The position numbers were made by a program, and so were the translations under genes. Source: a virus (lineage: Duplodnaviria > Caudoviricetes). Taken from it: DNA of 33,039 nt. Below the pieces are notes generated by a model. It searched no databases and had not been told where the DNA came from. It saw nothing but the letters and a program-made list of their open reading frames with translations. Positions 9,195-19,279 of the stretch are shown here, one piece after another. Positions within the stretch are counted from its first letter, which is position 1, and every line of letters begins with the position of its first letter. Location: the IMG/VR virus record IMGVR_UViG_3300012942_000097, positions 1 to 33,039 of that record; one strand, 5' to 3'.

Positions 9195-9197
9195 AAT

Positions 9198-9680
9198 TTA
9201 TATTACCAATTCCGCCCAGAGCGATGCCCTAGAGCCATTCCCAGAGATTAGTGTTTTTACTTCCCATATTCGACCAGTGGAAATATCTCTGATTAAAGTT
9301 TCTGTTATTCCGTTGCTGTCATTTGCGATAGTAGCAACCAGGTTAGTTAATGTTGTATAAGTTTGGTCATCTACAGATACCGAAGTTACTGTTGTATCAG
9401 TAATCTGCTTATGAGATACATCGACGTTTATCTCATTATCTATAGCCTGTATTCCTAGCTTACTATCAGTGGCTGTATCGTATTCCAACACTAACCGAAT
9501 GTTGTCTAGGTCTATGTTGATTTTTGACCCTACATTGTCAATCGCGCCAGAGGTATAGATTCGTTTTTTCGATTTTGCGAGCTTATTGTGGTCATTCTCC
9601 ATCTCGCCAAAATTAGAGTTAAGTGTATTAACCATATCCTCTCTGCTCATGGAGTTATGAAACCGTAGCATTCCAATCAT
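9198..9680 (-). CDS. putative tail-associated structural protein
   Basis: 160 aa, short helical N-terminus then beta-rich; TAATG coupling in the tail block. Confidence 0.6.
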   Translation of the reverse strand: MIGMLRFHNSMSREDMVNTLNSNFGEMENDHNKLAKSKKRIYTSGAIDNVGSKINIDLDNIRLVLEYDTATDSKLGIQAIDNEINVDVSHKQITDTTVTSVSVDDQTYTTLTNLVATIANDSNGITETLIRDISTGRIWEVKTLISGNGSRASLWAELVI

Positions 9681-10669
9681 TAGTAATCCTCCATGATAAA
9701 GATAAACCCTGGTGCGTTTTTAGTTTTGAATGTTGCAGTACCGCTAGTCCATGTTCCTGTGCTATTAGTAGCTGTGAACTGGTAAGTGTAAGAAGTGTTT
9801 GGCTTCAGACCAGTAAGCAGGAAAGATGGCGAGATGTCTGTGCTGGTAGAGCTATCTATCCAGTCCGCGTCCACCGTGCGTCGGTATTGCACCTTAACTG
9901 TCGCATTGGCTTCACTAGTACTGCTGGCGTTCATCCCGATATTGATAGTAGCTTTGTTGTACTTCAAATCCGATACGCTAGTGACACCGCCAGATGCTAG
10001 TGTTTTGAATGTGCTAGAGCCTGTATCTGCCGTATCACCGTTATTATTCCAGTGGCGAGAGAAGTATGAATAGGTTGTATTGGGAGTTAATCCCGTAACT
10101 GTATTATACTTCCACCCAGTTCCGCCCTGGTCTGGTGTAGTCCACGTCCAGCTTCCTGAGTTGCCTAGCCTATAGTAAACTCGGTTAGCCGAACTTGTAC
10201 CATGACCATTATTGTCTTGCTTACGACCAAGCCTAGCAGTAGTGTTAGTAATAGTGTCTACACTCTTTGACAGTCCACTAGGAGCTAGTGCAAGTCGAGG
10301 TAAGTTTTCTGAACCGCTACAAGAGGCAGTACCCGATTGATACACTGCAAAGGAAGCGCTCATACTGTACGAGCCATTACCATTTGCATCGTGACCTACT
10401 GTAAATGAACCACTGGCGATACCAATCGTGTGATTGCTAAAGTTACCAGTATAGTTGTAGATACGACCACCGTTAGTCCAGCGCCGAGCGCCACCACCAT
10501 CGACGTGACCGTTATCTAGCTGTGCATCAGAGTTCACAAAGTCCGCATACAGAGACCAACTGACAGTAGAGTAATTACCACCGACATTCGTACTATATGA
10601 TGTGACTAGCCTAGCACGACAACCCGTCGCACCAGAGATTGAGACATATCCTCCTGCCCATGTAGCCAT
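9680..10669 (-). CDS. tail/adhesin protein with two fibronectin type III-like domains
   Basis: VTGLTPNTTYSY and LTGLKPNTSYTYQFTATN are FN3 signatures. Confidence 0.75.
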   Translation of the reverse strand: MATWAGGYVSISGATGCRARLVTSYSTNVGGNYSTVSWSLYADFVNSDAQLDNGHVDGGGARRWTNGGRIYNYTGNFSNHTIGIASGSFTVGHDANGNGSYSMSASFAVYQSGTASCSGSENLPRLALAPSGLSKSVDTITNTTARLGRKQDNNGHGTSSANRVYYRLGNSGSWTWTTPDQGGTGWKYNTVTGLTPNTTYSYFSRHWNNNGDTADTGSSTFKTLASGGVTSVSDLKYNKATINIGMNASSTSEANATVKVQYRRTVDADWIDSSTSTDISPSFLLTGLKPNTSYTYQFTATNSTGTWTSGTATFKTKNAPGFIFIMEDY

Positions 10670-10672
10670 AGT

Positions 10673-11191
10673 TTACTCCTGTACCTGACAAGCCAAGATA
10701 TCCCACTTGGCATCTTCTACGTTATATTTACCACCAACATACATCACCTTACCAGCTACTGTACTCGTCAGAAGCTCTGTAGCAACTGGACGATACGCAG
10801 CATCCCAAGTTAATGTCCTAGCAGTACCATCATCTTTAATACGCAGCACCATCAACTGACCTTGCGTTGGTGTACCGCTTGGTGGATTGATAGTAGCATT
10901 AGCAGCTAGCGCAGTTACGATATAGTTACCGATAATCGGAGTAATCGTTGCGCCAGATGTGATAGTAGTTGTGATGTCTGCTAGTTTTGCGCGAGTAATC
11001 TCGCCGTCCTTAATCTTGCTAGCGATAACCGAAGCATCTGCCAGCTGTGTAGAACCAATAGAACCTGCCTTAATATTTGAAGCGTCAATATTGCCATTCA
11101 CCAATGCGAGAACTGTAGCGAATCGGCTATTAACATCTGCTGCTTTGGCAAGTGTTCCTTCTACAATGTTTGAAATAGAAATTAAACCCAT
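10673..11191 (-). CDS. tail fibre proximal protein
   Basis: N-terminal AKAADVNSRF anchor-like motif; 10-aa periodic IKAGSIGSTQ/LADASVIASK/IKDGEITRAK segment. Confidence 0.65.
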   Translation of the reverse strand: MGLISISNIVEGTLAKAADVNSRFATVLALVNGNIDASNIKAGSIGSTQLADASVIASKIKDGEITRAKLADITTTITSGATITPIIGNYIVTALAANATINPPSGTPTQGQLMVLRIKDDGTARTLTWDAAYRPVATELLTSTVAGKVMYVGGKYNVEDAKWDILACQVQE

Positions 11192-11192
11192 G

Positions 11193-13193
11193 TTACAACC
11201 TCTTTAGTTTATAGCTATATTGTGTTCCGTAGAACTTTACCTGATTATTTACTGCACGACGAGATATACGTGTTTGGAAGTAATAAGCATATCCTGGAAA
11301 TCGCAACCTAGTAGGCACGAATGCTGTGTTAGCACCCCAAGTTGTACCGTCGTTCCAATAGAAGTTACCCCACGTAGCACCAGTTGTTGTCAACTGTACT
11401 TGATTGTGAATAGGTAGATTCTGCATATCCTTGTCCATATCAACATTGATTTTGAAGTCTCTGTCTGATGGCTCGAATAGAGGAAAGAACTTTACTATAC
11501 GTTTTCTGTTTGCTGGTACACCAAGAGATTCGTACTTAGTCCAGTAAGCAAAGTCAATAGCCTTACCCATCGAGGAGTACCCAGTCTCGGCATACATAAT
11601 CCGTGGCACGAGAGAGCTTGATTCGATTAACTGACCATTGTCATCAGCATCTGTGTAAGCGAAGCCTCGTTTGACCCATGTTTCTGTATCATTCATCCAT
11701 TCACCACGTACAATATCGTACACCAGAATCTTGTTAAAGTAACCCGAACCATAGTATAATCGAAGTGTATTGTTCCAATATGCTAGGTGTAGTTTACTCT
11801 TGTCTGGAATTGCGTCGTAGATAGGCTGTACATTCGTTGTAATAATTACACCAGATGTACCATTATGCCTAATGATACCCTCTTTACCAATAGTGTAAAG
11901 ATATGTACCATCATCTGCGACACTAGAACTTAATGTACCTTTTGTGTCAGGATTTTGTTTTGCAGAGAATGTATCGTAGTCATACCCATAGATATCTATC
12001 TTCTGTCCAGTAGTTAGTACTTTTAGTACGTCCTGGTACGGGTAAAGAGCAACAATAGGGTCTGCAACCTTCGGCGCTGGTTCGTACATAAAGCTGGTAG
12101 ACAGCCATGCGTGATACCACTGTGCGCTAGGGTCTGCGTTACTTGGATTACCTGGAACCTCGGAGAATACAATCTTGTTTGGTTCGTCGGCAACCACGCC
12201 CCACAGTCGGTCTTTATATACTCGAATGTATTTAAGGATAGGAAGTTCTGGGTCGGTGATTGTTTCAACAGTTGTACCATCCCACGCTTTCAGTTCGTCT
12301 AAGCCATTAACATAGAATAACTTGCCATCCATAACATCAAAGCTATATTCCAGTGCATCCTTATTGAGAGTATCATCTACGACATCGAATGTACCGTCAT
12401 TATCGTCTACTGAGTAGAGAACATCGTTTGTACCGTTTGAGTAAACAACCATTGTGTGATTAGTGCCACCCTCAGTATTAAAGCGATATAAACCCTTCTC
12501 TACATTTTCTGTTACAATATGTGTTTTGAAATTGATTGCATAATTAACTGCCGTAAAACCAGCGACACCAGAGTTCGACTCGTATGCGATGCTACTGGCT
12601 GTGTTGGTACTCAACTGATATGCTCCATATCCATCATCTTGGATGTAGGTTACTATATAGTAAGTCTGACCATTAGTAATAGTTGGAGCTTCAATGAAGT
12701 ACACTGGACAGTATGTAAAGGAGCTAGTGATTAACTCTTCTGCAACCGAACTGTCTGCAATCTTAGTCCAGTTAGAGTCGTACACTTCTACGATTAAAGG
12801 TGCGAAGCCAGTATTACGTTTTACGTTCAGTTCCAGCTTAGTGAGCCTACCTGTGGCATTTGGTACGAACTTGAACGCTCGCCAGTTAAGTAGAGTGTCA
12901 ACGTCTGTAGTGCCAGCTCCAGTAGTGCTAGTATCGGAGACATCATCTGTCTCGCCAAGCACTGTAGTATACCGCCCAGAACCACGCCGTGTAGTAATCT
13001 GCACCTTACGCGAATCAGAGTTTGAGTCATAGATTCGGAAGTCATGTGCAGAAGGTGAATGACCCTCTGCAATCAAGTCGTGCGGATTAAGCGCATCCAA
13101 TCCAGTATAATTCAGGATTGTATTCATCTTAGGGGGAATAGCGGCTGGAGCTTTTGGAGGAGGACTTTGAAAGTTACTATATAGATAAACCAT
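11193..13193 (-). CDS. tail nozzle/stabilisation protein (T7 gp12 / P22 gp10-like role)
   Basis: 666 aa with beta-propeller-like blades (KLFYVNG, YKDRLWGV, IVFSE); follows the adaptor gene. Confidence 0.7.
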   Translation of the reverse strand: MVYLYSNFQSPPPKAPAAIPPKMNTILNYTGLDALNPHDLIAEGHSPSAHDFRIYDSNSDSRKVQITTRRGSGRYTTVLGETDDVSDTSTTGAGTTDVDTLLNWRAFKFVPNATGRLTKLELNVKRNTGFAPLIVEVYDSNWTKIADSSVAEELITSSFTYCPVYFIEAPTITNGQTYYIVTYIQDDGYGAYQLSTNTASSIAYESNSGVAGFTAVNYAINFKTHIVTENVEKGLYRFNTEGGTNHTMVVYSNGTNDVLYSVDDNDGTFDVVDDTLNKDALEYSFDVMDGKLFYVNGLDELKAWDGTTVETITDPELPILKYIRVYKDRLWGVVADEPNKIVFSEVPGNPSNADPSAQWYHAWLSTSFMYEPAPKVADPIVALYPYQDVLKVLTTGQKIDIYGYDYDTFSAKQNPDTKGTLSSSVADDGTYLYTIGKEGIIRHNGTSGVIITTNVQPIYDAIPDKSKLHLAYWNNTLRLYYGSGYFNKILVYDIVRGEWMNDTETWVKRGFAYTDADDNGQLIESSSLVPRIMYAETGYSSMGKAIDFAYWTKYESLGVPANRKRIVKFFPLFEPSDRDFKINVDMDKDMQNLPIHNQVQLTTTGATWGNFYWNDGTTWGANTAFVPTRLRFPGYAYYFQTRISRRAVNNQVKFYGTQYSYKLKRL

Positions 13194-13195
13194 CG

Positions 13196-13849
13196 TTATC
13201 TCCTACGAAGAGCAATTTGCTGATTCTTCATTTTTAATGCACCGTGCTGGATACGGAATCCATAGCGGTTGTCGAGCATCGAAATCTCATTATCAATCTG
13301 AGAGTCAACGATTGCTGCCATATCCCAGTCTTCATTACGCTCAAGAATACGCTTGTATGTTCCGAGGACTAATACCTCTTGGAACTCTTCTGGCACCTCA
13401 GGTACATCAGTATCGTCAGTCAGAAGTGGCGGTTTCTTGATATAGAACGTGTCTAGCTGATATGCCTTATCTGTCGGTTGGGATAGATATAGTTTACCCG
13501 CATGAGATGTCCAATATGTAGGAGCGCCAGATTCACGCGATTCTGGTTTAGGAAACGCTTTGAAGAAGCTGCGGAATACCATGTAGTTATCAGAGATATC
13601 TTGCTGTTCACCAGCAGTTGTGATGACTAAATCCTGGGGGACTTGAACATCATTTGGGAACTCAAAAACCGTCTGATTAGCTGCGATAACTCCAGAGAAG
13701 CGACCTTCAGTGAAGGGTAGTTCAAACTGATTGAATATCCAGCGCTGAGTCGTGTTAATGAACCTGTCTACGACATCAGAATCGAATGTCGGGTCATCTA
13801 GTTTGTCTGTGATAACCTGGTTTCGTATACCTAAAAGGTTATATTCCAT
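13196..13849 (-). CDS. head-tail adaptor (tail tubular protein A-like)
   Basis: Helical ends with a beta insertion; DRFIN, LYLSQPTD, PEVPEEFQEVLV pattern typical of podoviral adaptors. Confidence 0.7.
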   Translation of the reverse strand: MEYNLLGIRNQVITDKLDDPTFDSDVVDRFINTTQRWIFNQFELPFTEGRFSGVIAANQTVFEFPNDVQVPQDLVITTAGEQQDISDNYMVFRSFFKAFPKPESRESGAPTYWTSHAGKLYLSQPTDKAYQLDTFYIKKPPLLTDDTDVPEVPEEFQEVLVLGTYKRILERNEDWDMAAIVDSQIDNEISMLDNRYGFRIQHGALKMKNQQIALRRR

Positions 13850-15563
13850 CGTGTTCTACTACCTCATAAATGTTATTACTGTTTATTATTACTTTACTGA
13901 ACTCGCCCTTTGGAATCTTGCCAACACCATAAGTATTGTCAGCTTTTACCGTCACATCGCCATAGTCGCCATCGGGTACATCAGTTGGGCTGTATGTATT
14001 ATCTTGGCTAATAACTGGCGGTGTGTATGCTGTACCAATGTACGACATACTGGTTTGCTCATGGATAAGTATCTTCTGAATTGTCGCAATACTATCTTGG
14101 TCTAAACTAGCCCAGAAACCGAGCCACGCCCTACCCAGTATAGTCTTGGAGAATTGTTTTTCAATCCTACCACGGCTAGTGTTAGCGAGTAATAGAGATT
14201 TACTTATCCGCGCTATAGCAGTTTGGCTCTTAGATAGTATCCAGAGAATACTTGCAATGGCTGGCTGAGTTTTCGTTACTTCTCTAATGAGTCGAGCGTC
14301 AGCAGTTTGTACTTCAGAGAGTGTCTTACTAATCCTAGAGCCTGAATCCTGTGATAGACTAAAGTCCTTTTGGATTCTCGCTATAGAGTCCTGTAATATG
14401 CTAAGTGTATTTACTAATCGAGCAACAGCATTCTGTGTTAGGTTAGGTGTAGTAATAATCCTAGATACTGCATTCTGTAGAAGCGTGAATATCTTTTGGA
14501 TTCTACCCTGACCAGTTTGCTGTAATGATACAATCTTTGTAATACGCGCTACTGAATCTTGCGATAACTCGATGTCTTCAACAATGCGAGCGATAGATGT
14601 TTGGTCTACCTCGTATATAATTCCATCAACAAATGTGATATCTATTACATCAGTACTAAGTACAAAAGTTGTTATGGATGCCGCAGATGCTTGAGCGGAA
14701 GTAAACTGTTTCTGTAATCTAGCGCGACCTAATTCGGTTTTTGTAAACGACTTAGAGATGCGCGACTTGGAATAAGTGGTCTTAGAACTTGATATTGCAA
14801 TCCGAGACACCGAATCTTGTGTCTTGGTAATCTCAGATGCAATATCTCGGTACTGTGTCTTAGCATAATGAAAATCAATTATATCGCTACGCTCTGTACT
14901 TGTAACAGCTCTCCATACAACGAGCGAACCATACCACAAATGATTGCTGCCAGTACTATACGTCGTAACGGTTCCAAGCTGTAACCCAGATGGCTGGTTG
15001 GACGCTACAGTATAGGCAGAACTATAATTTACATATTGCTCATTATTACCAGGTGTGCTGTTATTGAACGCAAGATGCGCGGTTGGAGTATTCAGCGGAA
15101 CAGAGCCTACCGCAGATACACTAGTAGTTTTAATATCATATCCAGCCGATAAAGCCCTGTGCCTTGTCTGCATTCGTTCTGATGTCTGTAGGAAGAACTG
15201 AAAGTAATCATTAGCCCCTGAGTTCGCCGCAAGACTATGAACAATAGTGGCTGATGATATTGATAATCGGTTGATAGCTATAGCGCTAACAACATTCGGT
15301 TCTAGCGGATATGGCAAACCTGTAGACAAAGAACCATCGGTCGTATCTAGGTAGTAATGGTTATTGGTATCAAGTTCTAGTGTCGCTGTGCGACCTACTG
15401 TCATATGATTGCCATTGCCAGACTTGTCTAGTATAAGGGCTATCGTTTGCCCAGCTCCAGTAACGGGAATTGTACCAGAGGTGTCCTGAAACAACGTAGT
15501 CAAGTCGTCGAGGTCATACCAGAACCCCCTTTCGCCATTAGAGAATATATCTGAGACAGCCAT
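13839..15563 (-). CDS. putative virion fibre/adhesin: lectin-like N-terminal domain plus 14-aa repeat array
   Basis: GFWYDLDDLTTLFQD...DKSGNGNH motif seen in phage LamG-like fibre domains; about 17-18 xxxQxSxARIxKxx repeats. Confidence 0.65.
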   Translation of the reverse strand: MAVSDIFSNGERGFWYDLDDLTTLFQDTSGTIPVTGAGQTIALILDKSGNGNHMTVGRTATLELDTNNHYYLDTTDGSLSTGLPYPLEPNVVSAIAINRLSISSATIVHSLAANSGANDYFQFFLQTSERMQTRHRALSAGYDIKTTSVSAVGSVPLNTPTAHLAFNNSTPGNNEQYVNYSSAYTVASNQPSGLQLGTVTTYSTGSNHLWYGSLVVWRAVTSTERSDIIDFHYAKTQYRDIASEITKTQDSVSRIAISSSKTTYSKSRISKSFTKTELGRARLQKQFTSAQASAASITTFVLSTDVIDITFVDGIIYEVDQTSIARIVEDIELSQDSVARITKIVSLQQTGQGRIQKIFTLLQNAVSRIITTPNLTQNAVARLVNTLSILQDSIARIQKDFSLSQDSGSRISKTLSEVQTADARLIREVTKTQPAIASILWILSKSQTAIARISKSLLLANTSRGRIEKQFSKTILGRAWLGFWASLDQDSIATIQKILIHEQTSMSYIGTAYTPPVISQDNTYSPTDVPDGDYGDVTVKADNTYGVGKIPKGEFSKVIINSNNIYEVVEHDGI

Positions 15564-17341
15564 TATTGATATACCCTAACTGCCACAAACCCATCGGAAT
15601 CATAATACTGAGAGTTGTCGGATGTACTCGGTGAACCAGATAACTCAAAGTATGTATTCTTCGCGGTGGAGTTGTTGCTGTCAACAGTCTCCCAGGATTC
15701 AGTATTGTAGTTGAAAATCTGTAAGTAGCAGGTTTTCTCGGTCGTAGCTACTGTTGTTTTACCAGCCCATGATGCAGTAATAACCGCTGTTGGGAAGTTG
15801 TGATACTTCTTAAACTGTTGTACTGAATGTCCGCTAGAGCCAGACTGTCCAAAGAATAGTCCGTCCTGAGCAGCAACGGCATTCATGTCTGCCCCGCTGA
15901 ACGAATAATAAAGGTCATCCGAGCTAGATGGTAACGAGGAATAGTCGCCGCTAGTATACGATAGATTACTGCGTATACGAGCTAACGCGGATTGAGTATC
16001 GACGATTAGCGAGCTAATCCTAGAGGCGCTATCTTGCGATAGGCTCCTTAGCCATATCACCAGGCTATTACTTATCTGACTATTGGTAAATTGCTTTGAG
16101 AGCCTAGAAGAGCTGCTGATTGTGTTTGTGACTATCTTAGATATACGACCACTAGCATTCTGCTCCTTACTTGCCACGAACCCAAAAGTAGGGTTAATCG
16201 AACCAACAGCTATTGTCGGAATTGGTGTAATACCAGCACCAGGTCTAACGCATTTGTAAGAAATTAGCTGGAGGGCATCCAAATCCTGTGTCTCAAAGAC
16301 ATCCCAGGATGAGCCATCAGTGCTTCCCGAGATTGTAGCAGTTGAGCTAACGCTATCCACTCTCAGTTTAGTATACGTATAACCAAAAATATTCTGCTCA
16401 ACGGTATAATCCACGTCAAGCATATCAAAGGTTGCAGTACCTACCATATTTAATGATGGACTTAAGTCATATCCGCCCCCGTCATGCCCAGTAGATATTT
16501 GTGATGGGTATCCATTAGGGAACGTCCAGTTGGAATTACTAGCGGGTGCTGTAGTGAGCGGGTCTACTAGGGTGGAGATTTTAGGAGGGTCTTGGTTAAG
16601 CCATCCAGAATAGTCCTCTTGCGAATGAGAACCAATATAAAATGGCGCATCCCCACCAGGATGAAGGGTAATATCAAAGGAGACATAATCTCCATAGCAT
16701 GTACCGCCATCTGTAAATTGTAATGTAGAAGACCCCGAATCGGGATTCCCCGATAAAAATAAATCACCGTTCTCAGTACCAAGTGCAATCAGATGGTCTA
16801 CAGTCGCACCTTGATACATATAAACATAATTATACGAATCATTCTTATTGAGTATAAAAAGTGAACCAAAGGTCTGGTCATTATCCATTGTAATGCTAGT
16901 ATAATTAGTAGTGCCTTGTCCCAAGTTTATCACACAAGTAGTACCGTTGTACGATGGAACTATAAGATGCTTATTGTACTCCTGAACATTTACAGTGATA
17001 TTTTGCAGTGTATGGTCATATCCATAGAATGAAGCCGTACCGTTAGTCTCTACATAGTTAAGATTGGAGAACACCATATCGCTGCTCACGTCAAAGTCGC
17101 CGTTCACCGTTATATTGTAACTATTGGCATTGAAGGTAGACCCTATTGACGCGCCATCAGTATAGCCGTGTAAGGACGCAACTTCTATGCTAGTGGATAA
17201 TGAGATAGAGCCAGTATTAACAAGAATATAAACATCGTCCGAAGCGGTTGGAACTGAAGCGCTCCCAGCAGCGCCTCCAGGCGTAGCTGCCCAAATAGCA
17301 CCATTCCAGTCACCACTAGTCCGTGAATACCTAGTAGCCAT
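15563..17341 (-). CDS. putative virion fibre/adhesin with beta-helix-like N-terminus and about five 14-aa repeats
   Basis: MATRY..GDWN..W....GG..GSASVPTASDDVYI N-terminal motif; Ser/Thr/Gly-rich. Confidence 0.6.
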   Translation of the reverse strand: MATRYSRTSGDWNGAIWAATPGGAAGSASVPTASDDVYILVNTGSISLSTSIEVASLHGYTDGASIGSTFNANSYNITVNGDFDVSSDMVFSNLNYVETNGTASFYGYDHTLQNITVNVQEYNKHLIVPSYNGTTCVINLGQGTTNYTSITMDNDQTFGSLFILNKNDSYNYVYMYQGATVDHLIALGTENGDLFLSGNPDSGSSTLQFTDGGTCYGDYVSFDITLHPGGDAPFYIGSHSQEDYSGWLNQDPPKISTLVDPLTTAPASNSNWTFPNGYPSQISTGHDGGGYDLSPSLNMVGTATFDMLDVDYTVEQNIFGYTYTKLRVDSVSSTATISGSTDGSSWDVFETQDLDALQLISYKCVRPGAGITPIPTIAVGSINPTFGFVASKEQNASGRISKIVTNTISSSSRLSKQFTNSQISNSLVIWLRSLSQDSASRISSLIVDTQSALARIRSNLSYTSGDYSSLPSSSDDLYYSFSGADMNAVAAQDGLFFGQSGSSGHSVQQFKKYHNFPTAVITASWAGKTTVATTEKTCYLQIFNYNTESWETVDSNNSTAKNTYFELSGSPSTSDNSQYYDSDGFVAVRVYQ

Positions 17342-17697
17342 TACCTAAGTTCCCTCACGTCCTGGACGTTTTCACCATCAGTGTACTGGTATCCGAAGTC
17401 CATTCCAGACCAGCCACGAGCTAACTCTTCTCCTGTAGCAGATTGGGTAATAAAACCATGCCTAAACCTAATAGGTCGAGCATTATCTGGTAATGATGTC
17501 CAGTCTACATCATGTCGTTCGTTTTTCCAGAAGCCACTAAATCGAACCATGCGACCGTGTTCTTCTTCTGGACATTTATCTATAATTGCACGGAGGACAT
17601 TATGCCCCTCGTTATATGGAGATATATCATTTAGTTCAGTCTCATCTAGGATGAAACCATCTTCGTATTCTGCTTGTACTGTTGTGTCGAGAGGCAT
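17341..17697 (-). CDS. hypothetical protein
   Basis: 118 aa, AAAGGA RBS, TAATG coupling to the next gene. Confidence 0.75.
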   Translation of the reverse strand: MPLDTTVQAEYEDGFILDETELNDISPYNEGHNVLRAIIDKCPEEEHGRMVRFSGFWKNERHDVDWTSLPDNARPIRFRHGFITQSATGEELARGWSGMDFGYQYTDGENVQDVRELR

Positions 17698-17725
17698 ATT
17701 GAATTATTCCTTTACAATTATTAGA

Positions 17726-18220
17726 TTAAGATTCCGTCCAAGTAGCAGTGAATGTTACTTGAGGAGTGTCGCCAGGAGCTGCCGAGCTAGTAGTTTTCAT
17801 CTGAGCACGGAAAGCCTGAGCGTACATTGTGCCACCAGCTGTCGTAGAGCTTGAGCCAGCACCATAAGGAGTAGACGAGCTTACGAAGTTTGCTGATAGA
17901 CCAGATGTACTAAATGCCGAATCACCTAAGGCAGTAGTAGATGGTGTAGCGCCAGCCGAGACGACCGAGCCAACGATACTGATACCCGTAGCTGGAGCGT
18001 TGTTGCTAACCTTGTAGGTCAGACCACTCAGCGAGTTCCACGTACCTGCGAACTTAATAGCCTGGTACTTGACGAAGCTGTTATTCCCAGCTGTAATCGG
18101 GCTTGAAGTGTAAGCAGTCGTACTATCATCTACGTTCTTGAAGTTAATCTCACTACGAGATTCCGTCAAGGTTGCAGCGTTAGTACCGTTACCCTCTACC
18201 CATGTTTGAGTTGAAGCCAT
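17726..18220 (-). CDS. putative capsid decoration/fibre subunit
   Basis: 164 aa, Ser/Thr/Ala-rich beta protein ending AAPGD...VTFTATWTES; first gene after the capsid terminator; GGAG RBS. Confidence 0.6.
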   Translation of the reverse strand: MASTQTWVEGNGTNAATLTESRSEINFKNVDDSTTAYTSSPITAGNNSFVKYQAIKFAGTWNSLSGLTYKVSNNAPATGISIVGSVVSAGATPSTTALGDSAFSTSGLSANFVSSSTPYGAGSSSTTAGGTMYAQAFRAQMKTTSSAAPGDTPQVTFTATWTES

Positions 18221-18267
18221 TTAATTCTCCAATGATTATTTACGTAATATAATCATAGTTAGTTAAT

Positions 18268-18307
18268 AAAAAAGGGGCAAGAGCAGAATAAATCTACTCC
18301 GCCCCTT
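18268..18307 (-). terminator. rho-independent terminator after the capsid gene
   Basis: Minus strand aaggggc-ggagtaga-tttat-tctgctct-tgcccctt followed by a T run. Confidence 0.88.
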
Positions 18308-18334
18308 AGTAAGTTTTACTGGATAACCCTAAGG

Positions 18335-19234
18335 TTAGGCAGATGGAGCAGTACGACTAATAACGACACCGTGGTCAGGGCGAAGAACCTTCACACCGAA
18401 CAGCTCGCTACCAACGACGTAATCTACACCACGCAGTTTGTCGCGGTCACTTTCGAGACCAGGAACACTCTGCGATGCACCAATGACGGCACTGCGGTGG
18501 AACATCAAGAACTTGAAGTTACCACTCTGAGCCTTGATTGCGTTCGTAACGTAAACAGGCATACCGTAAAGAGTACCAACGAAACCAGTCTTACTTTTAA
18601 CAAGGTTACTGTCACCAGTTTCTTTGTAAGCAGTAAACTCTGGAATCTTACGGAGGTCAGCACGACCAAGACCGTTGACAACAATGTAGCGGTCATCTTC
18701 TGGGACGTTTTTACTGTCCAGAACACCAGCTGCATCAACGATATCGGCAAAAGCGAGAGTACCACCAGTACCACTTGCGCTCACTGAACCAGTGAAGCCA
18801 GCAGTCATTTTAGCATATACTTCCTCATCTTTACCGCGGTCGAGGAAACGACCCAGGCGCTGTACATAAGGAGCACGCATTTCGTATGCGCTCTGTGCAG
18901 CAGCAACATCTTGGATACCAACTGCTTTACGGAGATAGCGGTCAATGAGCAAGTCAATCGTAGTGACATCAAGTGCGTCAATCGTGCTTGCAGAAGTTAC
19001 GCTAGCGTTAGTAGTAGTATCATCATCAATTTCGCCGACGAATGGAATGTGAAGCACATCACCCTTTTGAGAAATCTCACCACTGTAGCGACTGTCAATC
19101 AGTGCCCAGAGAACGAGGTTGTCTACTCGGTTGTCAGCGATTTCTTTAGCCCACAGTTCAGGTACTAAGTCACCAGTAGCGTTTGAATCCGTTACTGCAC
19201 CCGTGCCCTTAGTGGGAGTTACATAGTTAGGCAT
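18335..19234 (-). CDS. major capsid protein (HK97 fold)
   Basis: VPELWAKEI, GDVLHIP, LDSKNVPEDDRYIVV, GTLYGMPVY, FHRSAV, FGVKVLRPD motifs; between scaffold and terminator. Confidence 0.9.
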   Translation of the reverse strand: MPNYVTPTKGTGAVTDSNATGDLVPELWAKEIADNRVDNLVLWALIDSRYSGEISQKGDVLHIPFVGEIDDDTTTNASVTSASTIDALDVTTIDLLIDRYLRKAVGIQDVAAAQSAYEMRAPYVQRLGRFLDRGKDEEVYAKMTAGFTGSVSASGTGGTLAFADIVDAAGVLDSKNVPEDDRYIVVNGLGRADLRKIPEFTAYKETGDSNLVKSKTGFVGTLYGMPVYVTNAIKAQSGNFKFLMFHRSAVIGASQSVPGLESDRDKLRGVDYVVGSELFGVKVLRPDHGVVISRTAPSA

Positions 19235-19279
19235 TTATTATATCCTTTGTGTTTGTCTAAATAAATCTTTTATATTGTT

